Position numbers and translations under genes: made by a program. 47,160 nt of DNA from Patescibacteria group bacterium (GTDB lineage Bacteria > Patescibacteriota > Minisyncoccia > 2-02-FULL-40-12 > GWA2-44-9): the NCBI GenBank assembly GCA_038065335.1, contig JBBTRD010000008.1:1-47160 (forward strand), in the 5' to 3' direction. Below are positions 7,391 to 15,624 of the stretch, piece after piece. Positions within the stretch are counted from its first letter, which is position 1. The number at the start of each line of letters is the position of its first letter. A model generated the notes under the pieces. That model saw only the letters and a list, made by a program, of their open reading frames with translations. It ran no database searches and had not been told where the DNA came from.

Positions 7391-8398
7391 ATGAAAGACA
7401 ATTTCTGGCAAAAACTAAAAGTCCTTCGACGGGTTCAGGATAAACCTTTTTTTGTGTTGGCGCCGATGGCGGATGTGACGGATATGGCTTTTCGGCAGAT
7501 TATAGTTGAATGTGGAAAACCGGATGTTTTATATACTGAATTTATATCGGCTTCAGGATTGTGTTCCGAAAAGGGTAAAGCAAAACTATTACCTCATTTA
7601 AAATTTAAAGAAAATGAGCGACCGATCGTGGCGCAATTGTTTGGTAGTGTCCCAAAACATTTTTATGAATGCGCAAAACTGATTGTGGAATTAGGGTTTG
7701 ATGGAATTGATATTAATATGGGTTGTCCGGCCGGCAAGATTATAAAACAAGATAGCGGTTCAGGATTAATTTTAAATTCGGAATTAGCGCAAGAAATTAT
7801 CCGAGAAACTAAGCGAGGAGTGTTACAGGCAAGACCTGTTAAACAGGTCTTGCCTGTAACGGTTAAGACTCGGATTGGTTATAACTCAATTATCACCGAA
7901 GAATGGATTTCAAAACTTATTGAAGCAAAGCCCGATGCGATTATTGTTCATGGTCGAACCATGAAGGAGGCTTCAAAAGTACCGGCCCACTGGGACGAAA
8001 TTGCCAAGGCGGGCAAACTTTGTCGCGAAGCGGGGATTCCGATTATTGGCAACGGTGATGTGATGAGTTATGCCGAAGGCGTGGAAAAAGCCAAACAGTA
8101 TAATTTAGATGGTATTATGGTCGGCCGCGGGGTTTTTCATAATCCCTGGTTTTTCGACCCGTCTATTAATCCAGCCGATAAAACGCCCCAAGACAGAATC
8201 GCTCTTCTAAAAAAACATGTTAATAACTTCATTGAACTTTGGAACCCGCCAGAGGCGGGCGCGCTTCAGGCGCGAAATTTTGCCGTTATGAAAAGATTCA
8301 TAAAGATATATATCAATGATTTTGAAGGCGCAAAAGAATTAAGAGAAAAATTAATGCAAATAAAAACTTCCACTGAAATACTAGCGCTCTTGAAATAA
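7391..8398 (+). CDS. dus: tRNA-dihydrouridine synthase
   Basis: 335 aa. Dus TIM-barrel motifs LAPMADVTD, DINMGCP, VKTRIG, HGRT. Confidence 0.9.
   Translation: MKDNFWQKLKVLRRVQDKPFFVLAPMADVTDMAFRQIIVECGKPDVLYTEFISASGLCSEKGKAKLLPHLKFKENERPIVAQLFGSVPKHFYECAKLIVELGFDGIDINMGCPAGKIIKQDSGSGLILNSELAQEIIRETKRGVLQARPVKQVLPVTVKTRIGYNSIITEEWISKLIEAKPDAIIVHGRTMKEASKVPAHWDEIAKAGKLCREAGIPIIGNGDVMSYAEGVEKAKQYNLDGIMVGRGVFHNPWFFDPSINPADKTPQDRIALLKKHVNNFIELWNPPEAGALQARNFAVMKRFIKIYINDFEGAKELREKLMQIKTSTEILALLK
8245..8274. repeat. tandem GC hairpins (CCCGCC-aga-GGCGGG plus CGCGC-ttcag-GCGCG), 30 nt, in frame in dus
   Basis: Seen directly in the sequence. It is translated as PPEAGALQAR. Confidence 0.8.
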
Positions 8399-8400
8399 GG

Positions 8401-8409
8401 TGCTATAAT
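8401..8409 (+). promoter_or_regulatory. extended -10 (TGcTATAAT), 8 nt upstream of ATG 8418
   Basis: Consensus TGnTATAAT with no SD. The spacing fits a leaderless start. Confidence 0.55.
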
Positions 8410-8417
8410 ATCTTCAT

Positions 8418-10130
8418 ATGTCTTCGACGAAGATTATAAATGTTCTCAAGGATGATTCGTTTCAGGAGATTATTGATATTTTTAAAGCCACGTCGGCCGA
8501 AGAGGTGATATTTGTGTTACCCAAAAGCGCGCGGGCTTTTAAAAAAGAAGAGCAATTTGCATCGCTTCGAGAAGAAGCCAAGACACTGGATAAATCGGTT
8601 TCTTTCTTGTGTTCCAGTCTAGAAATTAATGATCTAGCCAAAAAGTATAGATTTGAAGTTCTTTTGGCCCATTCGGCGAGCTTAGGGCAAGCTCGTTCGC
8701 CGGAAGTACGAAAAAAGTCTAATCCATCTCGCCTAACACCAACTGAAACGAGTTCGATTGATGTAGTGAATGAAATAGAAGATTTTTACGCCGAACCAGC
8801 GACGAGTGATGATTCAATCTCAATTTCACAGCCAATAAAAACAGAAGAAGTATTTACCGATGACCGGCGCCTTGACGATATCTTTGTACCCGAAGCAGAA
8901 GATCAGCATAATGTGAAAGTAGCTGGTGCCCGTGAGAAAGCGTTGTTTGTTCAAGTAAATCAAGACAATAAAGAACACAAAATTCGGCGCCCCACCCATC
9001 GAACAGTTTTGATTTTTTTGACTTGTGCGACGGTCGTCATTCTGGGAGCGGTCATTTTTATCACCGCCGGAAAAGCCCGGATTACTATCAAGCCGGTCAG
9101 CCAACCACTTGATCTTAGTCTGACTATATTTACTTCAGATGATGTTTCCTCCACTAGTTTGGCAAACATGGCCATTCCCGGTCAGCTGTTTAATATTCAA
9201 AAAACTGTTTCTCAAGATTTTACCGCGACTGGCCGTGTGGATGTTGCCCAAAAAGCGCGCGGGGCGATTACTGTCTATAATGAACTTTCGACGGATCAAC
9301 CATTGATAGCCACGACTCGATTTGAATCAGCCGATCGTCATATTTTTCATACCCTAACTTCAATCGTGGTGCCGGCCGGCAAAATTTCTAGCGGTAAATT
9401 TGTGCCCGGCAGTAAAGAGGTTCAGCTTATCGCTGATAAGGCCGGTTCCGAGTATAACGTTCCGGCAGGCCCGTTCACGATTCCGGCGTTTAAAGAACAA
9501 GGGGCTGCGGAAAAATATCAAAAGGTTTACGGTCGATCAACCGCTCCTATTCTTAACGGTACCAGCGGCCAATCAACAATCGTAACCGAAACTGATTTAA
9601 GCGCCGCCAGACAAACCCTCACCACTCAACTCACCGCTAATATTCAAGACGAATTGGAAACTCAAATTAATGGTCTAAAAATTATTAATGATCGTCAAAT
9701 TGTCGTGAGTAATCCTGTATCAACTAGTCCCGTTGACGCAAAGACGGCCACTTTTCAAGTTAATCTTTCTGGTTCACTCAAAACCGTTGGTTTTAAAGAA
9801 TCTGACCTTAACGCTCTCGTTGCTCAATACGTTGATACTCAAAAAAATATGACCACCTTGCCTGACAAACTCGTACTGACGTACGATAAAACTAAGTGGG
9901 ACGACACTAAAAACGGTCTCTCTTTCACAATTCACGTCACTGGCCCAAGTTACACCAAGATTGACCAACAAAAAATTATTACTGATTTATTAGGTAAGAA
10001 TGACGCGGAAATGAGAGCCTATCTGGGCGCAGTTACAGGTATTTCGTCAGCTCATGTCTCCTTGTCTCCATTCTGGGTCAAATCCATTCCCAGTAATAAG
10101 GATAAGGTACAAGTAGAACTTTCATATTAA
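8418..10130 (+). CDS. hypothetical membrane-anchored protein (570 aa)
   Basis: Long ORF with a cytoplasmic N-domain, a low-complexity linker, one TM helix (VLIFLTCATVVILGAVIFI) and a large beta-rich ectodomain. I cannot assign a family from sequence alone. Confidence 0.75.
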   Translation: MSSTKIINVLKDDSFQEIIDIFKATSAEEVIFVLPKSARAFKKEEQFASLREEAKTLDKSVSFLCSSLEINDLAKKYRFEVLLAHSASLGQARSPEVRKKSNPSRLTPTETSSIDVVNEIEDFYAEPATSDDSISISQPIKTEEVFTDDRRLDDIFVPEAEDQHNVKVAGAREKALFVQVNQDNKEHKIRRPTHRTVLIFLTCATVVILGAVIFITAGKARITIKPVSQPLDLSLTIFTSDDVSSTSLANMAIPGQLFNIQKTVSQDFTATGRVDVAQKARGAITVYNELSTDQPLIATTRFESADRHIFHTLTSIVVPAGKISSGKFVPGSKEVQLIADKAGSEYNVPAGPFTIPAFKEQGAAEKYQKVYGRSTAPILNGTSGQSTIVTETDLSAARQTLTTQLTANIQDELETQINGLKIINDRQIVVSNPVSTSPVDAKTATFQVNLSGSLKTVGFKESDLNALVAQYVDTQKNMTTLPDKLVLTYDKTKWDDTKNGLSFTIHVTGPSYTKIDQQKIITDLLGKNDAEMRAYLGAVTGISSAHVSLSPFWVKSIPSNKDKVQVELSY

Positions 10131-10142
10131 CCGCCTGTTGAT

Positions 10143-10211
10143 CCCGAACGAAGTCTGGCTCGCGCTCAGAGCGCGAGTCCGAAGGACCTTAGCTAGGCTA
10201 CTTCGTACGGG
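10143..10211. repeat. 69-nt structured palindromic element, intergenic copy (reverse orientation, about 78 percent identical to the copies at 22214 and 24305)
   Basis: Position-by-position comparison of its reverse complement with 22214-22282 gives 54/69 matches. TTGA direct repeats at 10138-10141 and 10213-10216. Confidence 0.85.
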
Positions 10212-10330
10212 ATTGACGTATCTTATTAGGTTTGATAGTATATAAACACTGAATTGACCACGATTACTAAGTGGCGTAGGAGCTTCTCCGATGCCCACTC
10301 TTGGTGGACGTCTTTTTTTCAGTACTATAT

Positions 10331-10543
10331 TTGACCACAGAGCCAAAAGAAAAATTAAATGCCCAGATTATAGAAGCCCTGCCCGATACCAAGTTTAAAG
10401 TTAAACTAGAAGACGGTCGAGAAGTTCTGGTGTATTTAGCGGGCAAGATGCGTCTCCATTACATCAAAGTTATGATTGGCGATCGCGTCGCGGTGGAACT
10501 TTCCCCGGATGGAACCCGAGGCCGGATTGTTTATCGATATTAA
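10331..10543 (+). CDS. infA: translation initiation factor IF-1
   Basis: S1-like core [58 protein letters not shown] chose the in-frame TTG at 10331 to give a typical 70-aa length. The track start at 10301 is also possible. Confidence 0.85.
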   Translation: MTTEPKEKLNAQIIEALPDTKFKVKLEDGREVLVYLAGKMRLHYIKVMIGDRVAVELSPDGTRGRIVYRY

Positions 10544-10719
10544 GCGTCCCGCTCCCGAAATTGACTGTGGCGTTGAGCCGCAGGGACGACGGAACAAAGG
10601 GACGACCAAAGGTCAGCAAAAGACAATATCGGCACTGGGACGGTCATTAGGTGTGAGGGTCACGAATTACTAACAACTCAACGGCGCAATCAAATTGCTT
10701 GTTTCGTTGAGTAATATCA

Positions 10720-10833
10720 GTGAAAGTACGAGCTTCCGTAAAAATCATGTGTAATAGTTGTAAACTGGTCCGACGCAAGAGTCGGCTCTATTGCATTTGC
10801 AAGAATCCAAAACATAAACAGAGACAAGGCTAG
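10720..10833 (+). CDS. rpmJ: 50S ribosomal protein L36
   Basis: Not in the ORF track (<60 aa). A GTG-start 37-aa [40 protein letters not shown], matches the L36 zinc-ribbon pattern and the KHKQRQG C-terminus. It sits in the canonical position between infA and rpsM. Confidence 0.9.
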   Translation: MKVRASVKIMCNSCKLVRRKSRLYCICKNPKHKQRQG

Positions 10834-10882
10834 TAAGAAAATAAAAATTAAAAACTAAAAAATAAAATCTGTCTGAAAAATA

Positions 10883-10911
10883 TTTTAGATTTTAGATGTA
10901 ATATTTAATAT
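10883..10911 (+). promoter_or_regulatory. shared AT-rich promoter module (TTTTAGATTTTAG...TAATAT) 7 nt upstream of the rpsM ATG
   Basis: A near-identical module occurs at 13697-13725, 15588-15618 and 33585-33616 (minus strand). Confidence 0.5.
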
Positions 10912-10918
10912 AATTACC

Positions 10919-11305
10919 ATGCCCCGCATCCTAGGTATCAACATTCCGGATAATAAGAAAATCGAGTATGCTTTGCCGTATTTATACGGCATTGGGCACA
11001 GTACCAGTATTTTGATTCTTCGTTCCGCCGGCATTGATTTAGATAAGCGGGCCAAAGATTTAACGGCTGATGAATTAAATAAAATTACAAAAGTTTTAGA
11101 AAAAAACCATCGAGTTGAAGGCGATCTACGCAAAGAAGTCAGTCAAAATATTAAACGTTTAAAAGAAATTGGGACGTGGCGTGGCAATCGACACGCTCGC
11201 CGACTTCCGATTCATGGTCGGACCAAAACTAACTCCCGAACATTGCGGGGCAATATTCGCAAAACAATGGGTTCCGGGCGCAAAACCAGCAACGAAAAAA
11301 CATAG
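10919..11305 (+). CDS. rpsM: 30S ribosomal protein S13
   Basis: 128 aa. MPRILGINIP... and KRLKEIGTWRGNRH, in conserved operon position. Confidence 0.95.
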   Translation: MPRILGINIPDNKKIEYALPYLYGIGHSTSILILRSAGIDLDKRAKDLTADELNKITKVLEKNHRVEGDLRKEVSQNIKRLKEIGTWRGNRHARRLPIHGRTKTNSRTLRGNIRKTMGSGRKTSNEKT

Positions 11306-11307
11306 AC

Positions 11308-11751
11308 ATGGCTAAAACCAAGGTTGTGACAATGGAAAGTGATATTGAAACTGCCCCAAAAGAAGCAGTTGTTGAAGCGCCGAAGAAGGCTTCTTCAAAG
11401 AAACAGGTCATCAATGGCGTGGCGACGGTAAATGTTTCATACAACAACACTATTATTTCGATTGCTGATTCTGTCGGTCAAGTCATCTCTTTTTCATCGT
11501 CCGGTTTGCTTGGCTTTAAAGGAAGCAAGAAATCCACCCCCTATGCCGCCAATATGGTTGCCAAAGATTGTTTTGAAAAAGCTAAAAAATTTAACCTCAC
11601 CAACATCAAGATTATTATTAAAGGAGTTGGCCCGGGCCGAGAATCGGCTATTCGTGGATTGGCCGGCACCGGTTTAAATATCCTTTCTATTATGGATGCG
11701 ACCCCAATGGCCCACAATGGTGTTCGTCGACCTAAGCCGAGGAGAGTGTAA
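11308..11751 (+). CDS. rpsK: 30S ribosomal protein S11 (with an N-terminal extension)
   Basis: 147 aa. S11 core VNVSYNNTIISIAD...GFKGSKKSTPYAA...GPGRESAIR. Confidence 0.95.
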   Translation: MAKTKVVTMESDIETAPKEAVVEAPKKASSKKQVINGVATVNVSYNNTIISIADSVGQVISFSSSGLLGFKGSKKSTPYAANMVAKDCFEKAKKFNLTNIKIIIKGVGPGRESAIRGLAGTGLNILSIMDATPMAHNGVRRPKPRRV

Positions 11752-11848
11752 AATGTAAATCTCAAAATGAAAAATGATAGATTAAAATTAAAAATACTCA
11801 GAAATTCCAAAATTTTACATTTTGATTTTTAAATTTTAAATTTATATC

Positions 11849-12484
11849 ATGGCTAGATATACCGGACCCAAAGAACGAATTGAACGACGCATTGGCGAAA
11901 AAATCGGCATCAAGGGTTTGCGTTCTCAACTCGGCAAAACGGCCATTACAAAGAAACCTTATCCGCCGGGGATTCATGGCCACAAACCAACGCGTAAGCT
12001 TTCTGAATTTGGCCAACAGTTGAAATCCAAACAAAAAATCCGCAACACCTATCGGATGCTTGAAAAGCAATTCAAGAGTTATATAAAAGATGCCGCGGCT
12101 TCACATAAAGACGCCTATTCCAAAATTATTAATTCTCTTGAACATCGTCTTGATAATACCACTTATCGCATGGGCCTAGCCCAATCTCGCGATCAAGCTC
12201 GCCAGCTTGTAAATCACGGCCACGTCTTAGTTAACGGTCGTAGAGTTTCAGTTGCTTCTTATCAGGTTCGCATCGGTGACATCATTTCCGTGCGCGAAGG
12301 AAGTAAGAAGAGCCCCTATTTTATGAATCTTGTTTCCCAATGGCTACCCAAATATGACGCGCCTGGCTGGCTTGAATTAAATAAAGAAACGATGACCGCA
12401 AAAATTAAAGGCATGGTTACCGTTGAGGAAAGCGGCATCGGCGCGGGAGACCTGCAAGCAATCATTGAGTATTACAGCAGATAA
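11849..12484 (+). CDS. rpsD: 30S ribosomal protein S4
   Basis: 211 aa. MARYTGPK N-terminus and an S4 RNA-binding domain (LDNTTYRMGLAQSRDQARQLVNHGHVLVNG). Confidence 0.95.
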   Translation: MARYTGPKERIERRIGEKIGIKGLRSQLGKTAITKKPYPPGIHGHKPTRKLSEFGQQLKSKQKIRNTYRMLEKQFKSYIKDAAASHKDAYSKIINSLEHRLDNTTYRMGLAQSRDQARQLVNHGHVLVNGRRVSVASYQVRIGDIISVREGSKKSPYFMNLVSQWLPKYDAPGWLELNKETMTAKIKGMVTVEESGIGAGDLQAIIEYYSR

Positions 12485-12553
12485 CTAACAACCAACAACC
12501 GACAACCAACAACAATTATTACGTTGTAGTAGGTAGTAGGTAGTAGGTAGTAG
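12485..12553. repeat. two heptanucleotide tandem tracts in the rpsD-rpoA spacer
   Basis: 4 x CNNACAA at 12485-12512 (ctaacaa ccaacaa ccgacaa ccaacaa) and 4 x GTAGTAG at 12526-12553. Confidence 0.85.
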
Positions 12554-12559
12554 GTCAAA

Positions 12560-13297
12560 ATGATACAGATACCCGAACAAATCAAAGTAATAGCCAGAGA
12601 AGGCAGTCGAGCGACTTTTGAAATTAGTCCGCTTATGCCGGGTTACGGCGCCACAATCGCCAACCCGCTTCGACGCGTTCTTCTGTCATCGCTTGAAGGC
12701 GCGGCTGTCACTTCGATTAAAATCAAAGGCATTGACCATGAATTTTCAAGTATCGCCGGCGTTCAAGAAGACGTTATTGAAATGATTATCAATATTAAAA
12801 AAATTAAATTTCGACTTCACACCGACGGTCCGGTTAAATTAACCCTTGAGGTTAAAGGAGAAAAAGAGGTCACTGCCGCGGATATTAAAACTAACGCTGA
12901 CGTTGAGATTATAAATCCGGAACAGCATATTGCCACTTTAACCGAGAAAAAGACAGATTTTGCGATGGAGCTTGATGTTGAAAAAGGGATTGGTTATGTT
13001 CCCGTCGAACAGCGCCAAAAAGAGAAACTGGCTATCGGCGTGATTGCTATCGACGCGGTTTTTTCACCGGTTCGTTTGGTTAATTTTAAAATCGAAGATG
13101 TTCGAGTTGGCCAGCGTATCGATTTTAATAAAATAACAATGGAAATTGAAACCGATGGTTCAATCGAGCCGGAAGTCGCCATAAAAAATGCTTCGGAAAT
13201 TTTGATCAATCACTTCGGCGTGATAAATGAGGTTCAGATTCCAGAAGCGCCAGCGAAAAAAGAACCAAAAACTAAAAGAAAAGTTGCCAAGTCCTAA
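12560..13297 (+). CDS. rpoA: DNA-directed RNA polymerase alpha subunit, N-terminal domain only
   Basis: 245 aa with a full alpha-NTD. The ORF ends in a Lys-rich tail (PEAPAKKEPKTKRKVAKS) and rplQ starts 10 nt later. Confidence 0.92.
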   Translation: MIQIPEQIKVIAREGSRATFEISPLMPGYGATIANPLRRVLLSSLEGAAVTSIKIKGIDHEFSSIAGVQEDVIEMIINIKKIKFRLHTDGPVKLTLEVKGEKEVTAADIKTNADVEIINPEQHIATLTEKKTDFAMELDVEKGIGYVPVEQRQKEKLAIGVIAIDAVFSPVRLVNFKIEDVRVGQRIDFNKITMEIETDGSIEPEVAIKNASEILINHFGVINEVQIPEAPAKKEPKTKRKVAKS

Positions 13298-13306
13298 TTA
13301 CTATTT

Positions 13307-13675
13307 ATGAAACGAGGTAATCAACGAAAATTCGGCCGAGACCGCAAAGTGCGTGCCGCGATGTACAAATCGTTAGCAACGGCTTTGATTAATCATGGCC
13401 AAATTAAGACGACCCAAGCTAGGGCCAAATCTTTAGCGCGGACCATCGAAAAATTGATTACCTTGGCAAAACGGGAAAATTTAAATGCCCGCCGAGAATT
13501 ACTTGGCTATGTCGGCGAGAAAGCCGTTAAAAAGCTTACGGGCGAAATGGTTAAAATCAACGCTGATCGCAAAGGCGGCTACACCCGTGTTATTCGTCTT
13601 GGACAACGTCAAAGTGATGGCGCCGAAATGGCTATCATTGAATTCACAGAACAAAATCTAAAAAATAAAATCTAA
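13307..13675 (+). CDS. rplQ: 50S ribosomal protein L17
   Basis: 122 aa. L17 core (RKFGRDRKVRAAMYKSLATALINHGQIKTT) downstream of rpoA. Confidence 0.95.
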   Translation: MKRGNQRKFGRDRKVRAAMYKSLATALINHGQIKTTQARAKSLARTIEKLITLAKRENLNARRELLGYVGEKAVKKLTGEMVKINADRKGGYTRVIRLGQRQSDGAEMAIIEFTEQNLKNKI

Positions 13676-13696
13676 AAAATAAAATCTTTCTGAATG

Positions 13697-13725
13697 TTTT
13701 AAATTTTAGATGTAACATTTAATAT
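13697..13725 (+). promoter_or_regulatory. shared AT-rich promoter module, TAATAT 8 nt upstream of the rplM ATG
   Basis: TTTTAAATTTTAGATGTAACATTTAATAT, a close copy of 10883-10911. Confidence 0.5.
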
Positions 13726-13733
13726 TTCCCCGC

Positions 13734-14078
13734 ATGACTACTTTTCAAATCGATGCCACAAATCAATCTCTTGGACGAATCGCCACTCAAATCGCGACCG
13801 CTTTGCGCGGTAAACATCTTCCATCGTACGCCCCGGAGAAATTAGCCAATACTGAAGTGGTCATTTCTAATTTAAAATCAGCCAAGTTTACGGGCAATAA
13901 ACTTGAGCAGAAAACCTATTTTCACTATTCCGGTTATCATGGCGGTATCCGGGCTCGCAATCTCGGCGAAGAATGGAAAAAAAATCCTCAAGAGGTGTTG
14001 CGCCAGATTGTTTATAGAATGTTGCCTAAAAATAAAACCAGAGATAAAATAATTCAGAATTTAAAATTTAAAATTTAA
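13734..14078 (+). CDS. rplM: 50S ribosomal protein L13 (short form)
   Basis: 114 aa. Motifs GRIATQIATALRGKH, HYSGYHGGI, MLPKN. Confidence 0.92.
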   Translation: MTTFQIDATNQSLGRIATQIATALRGKHLPSYAPEKLANTEVVISNLKSAKFTGNKLEQKTYFHYSGYHGGIRARNLGEEWKKNPQEVLRQIVYRMLPKNKTRDKIIQNLKFKI

Positions 14079-14088
14079 AATTTTTAAT

Positions 14089-14625
14089 ATGCCCATTAAG
14101 AAAGCGGTAAAAACAAAAAAACCAATAAAGAAAATCGTCACTCCAATTTCTAAAGAAGAGAAGGTTGCTGGCGCGCCAGCGGTTGAAATTATTGTGGACG
14201 AAAAAGGACCCGAGAAATATTATGAAACCGTCGGCCGACGCAAAGAATCAATTGCCCGCGTTCGTCTTTTCACCAAAAAATCCACCGATATTGCCGATGA
14301 AGAAAAAGCTATCGTGACGGTCAACCAAAAAAGTTATCTTGATTATTTTACCGACGTAAATCTTCAGCATATCGTTGAATCTCCGCTTCGTAAGCTTAAA
14401 TCTCTCAACCGTTTTAAAGCGACGGTCATGGTCAACGGCGGCGGCATCGCCGGTCAAGCCGGAGCCATTAAACACGGTATTTCTCGCGCTTTAGAACTTT
14501 TTGACGGTAACTTCCGAAAGAAACTCAAAAAGTCAGGTTTTCTTACTCGTGACTCACGGGCCAAGGAACGCCGCAAATACGGTCTTAAAAAAGCAAGAAA
14601 AGCTCCGCAGTGGAACAAGCGATAA
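14089..14625 (+). CDS. rpsI: 30S ribosomal protein S9 (with an N-terminal extension)
   Basis: 178 aa. S9 core GGGIAGQAGAIKHGISRAL and C-terminal RKAPQWNKR. Confidence 0.93.
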   Translation: MPIKKAVKTKKPIKKIVTPISKEEKVAGAPAVEIIVDEKGPEKYYETVGRRKESIARVRLFTKKSTDIADEEKAIVTVNQKSYLDYFTDVNLQHIVESPLRKLKSLNRFKATVMVNGGGIAGQAGAIKHGISRALELFDGNFRKKLKKSGFLTRDSRAKERRKYGLKKARKAPQWNKR

Positions 14626-14630
14626 GTTTA

Positions 14631-14660
14631 GTAGAAGCCCCGCCCTGGCGGGGCTTCTAC
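14631..14660. terminator. bidirectional GC hairpin between convergent rpsI and 14662..15519
   Basis: GTAGAAGCCCCGCC/GGCGGGGCTTCTAC perfect inverted repeat, 30 nt, with the CCCGCC..GGCGGG core. It lies 5 nt after the rpsI stop and 1 nt before the other gene's stop. Confidence 0.75.
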
Positions 14661-14661
14661 T

Positions 14662-15519
14662 TTAGAAATTAATAATATTTAAACCTGGCCGGGTGTCTAT
14701 TTCGATAATTTTATAACCAGAAGCGTCGAGGGCGATATGTTCGTTATCACGGAACCAGCGAACGGCCTTGATGGGATTAGTAAAGTGGGCGACCAGCGCG
14801 ATATCACCAGCGCGATGAACGGGTTGGTAGTTTGTGTCGGTAAACCAATAGACCCATAACTGACCATTACTGAACCAAGCCAGTTTTTGACCATCATCGG
14901 ACGGTATGGCAGTAACATTACCAGTGATTCGGACCGCGGAGCCATCGGCCACATTTATATAAAGCGCGCCCTCATCCATATAATACGGCTTGCTTCTATC
15001 GGGGGTCGGCAATGGTGTTGACGGTGGCGTGGGATTAGATTTAGTTTTTTTGGGAGTTGATGTTGGCGAGGGACTCCGTGAAGGTGACGGACTGACTGAC
15101 GACGAAGCTACCACCGGATATAATAAATCATGAATTTCTTGTCTGACATTTTCTTTATCTTGGCCAGTTTGGGGCAAGAGCATGACATGGCTAAAATCTT
15201 CGACAAAACCAGCCGTGATGGTAACTTTTTTTTGCCATGACGACCAACCTTCTTTTTGAACACTGACTGTGTACGTTGCCGGCAAAAGTCCGCCAATACT
15301 GGCGGAGTTTCCAAGAAGAGAGGTCGAAGTTTTGAGTTTATCGTCAATTAAAATAGACGCCGACGTGTTGACATTTATATACAAAGCTCCGCTTCGAATA
15401 AATTTTCCTTCCTTAAAGCTATATTGATAACCTTGAGCGTAAATTAAAACAATATAGCTCACGCCAATAAAAATAGCGATAGCACAATAAAAAAGAATCC
15501 TTCTGGCGGTTCTAGTCAT
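14662..15519 (-). CDS. membrane-anchored PEGA-like domain protein
   Basis: 285 aa. N-terminal TM helix, a PEGA-like segment (LPATYTVSVQKEGWSSWQKKVTI) and a Pro/Ser/Thr-rich linker. Confidence 0.7.
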   Translation of the reverse strand: MTRTARRILFYCAIAIFIGVSYIVLIYAQGYQYSFKEGKFIRSGALYINVNTSASILIDDKLKTSTSLLGNSASIGGLLPATYTVSVQKEGWSSWQKKVTITAGFVEDFSHVMLLPQTGQDKENVRQEIHDLLYPVVASSSVSPSPSRSPSPTSTPKKTKSNPTPPSTPLPTPDRSKPYYMDEGALYINVADGSAVRITGNVTAIPSDDGQKLAWFSNGQLWVYWFTDTNYQPVHRAGDIALVAHFTNPIKAVRWFRDNEHIALDASGYKIIEIDTRPGLNIINF

Positions 15520-15587
15520 GAGTTATGTTATAACACAATTTATAGTTGCTTTCCAGTACAAAACAAGCTATAGTAATCCAGACAATA

Positions 15588-15618
15588 TTTTTTAGATTTT
15601 AGTTTTTATTTTTAATAT
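15588..15618 (+). promoter_or_regulatory. shared AT-rich promoter module, TAATAT 6 nt upstream of the mreB ATG
   Basis: TTTTTTAGATTTTAGTTTTTATTTTTAATAT. Confidence 0.5.
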
Positions 15619-15624
15619 TCTGTC

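Noticed and set aside
10476-10673. 65-aa ORF spanning the infA 3' end and the infA-rpmJ spacer.
   Set aside because: It overlaps infA out of frame, has a low-complexity basic product, and lies where a non-coding spacer is expected.
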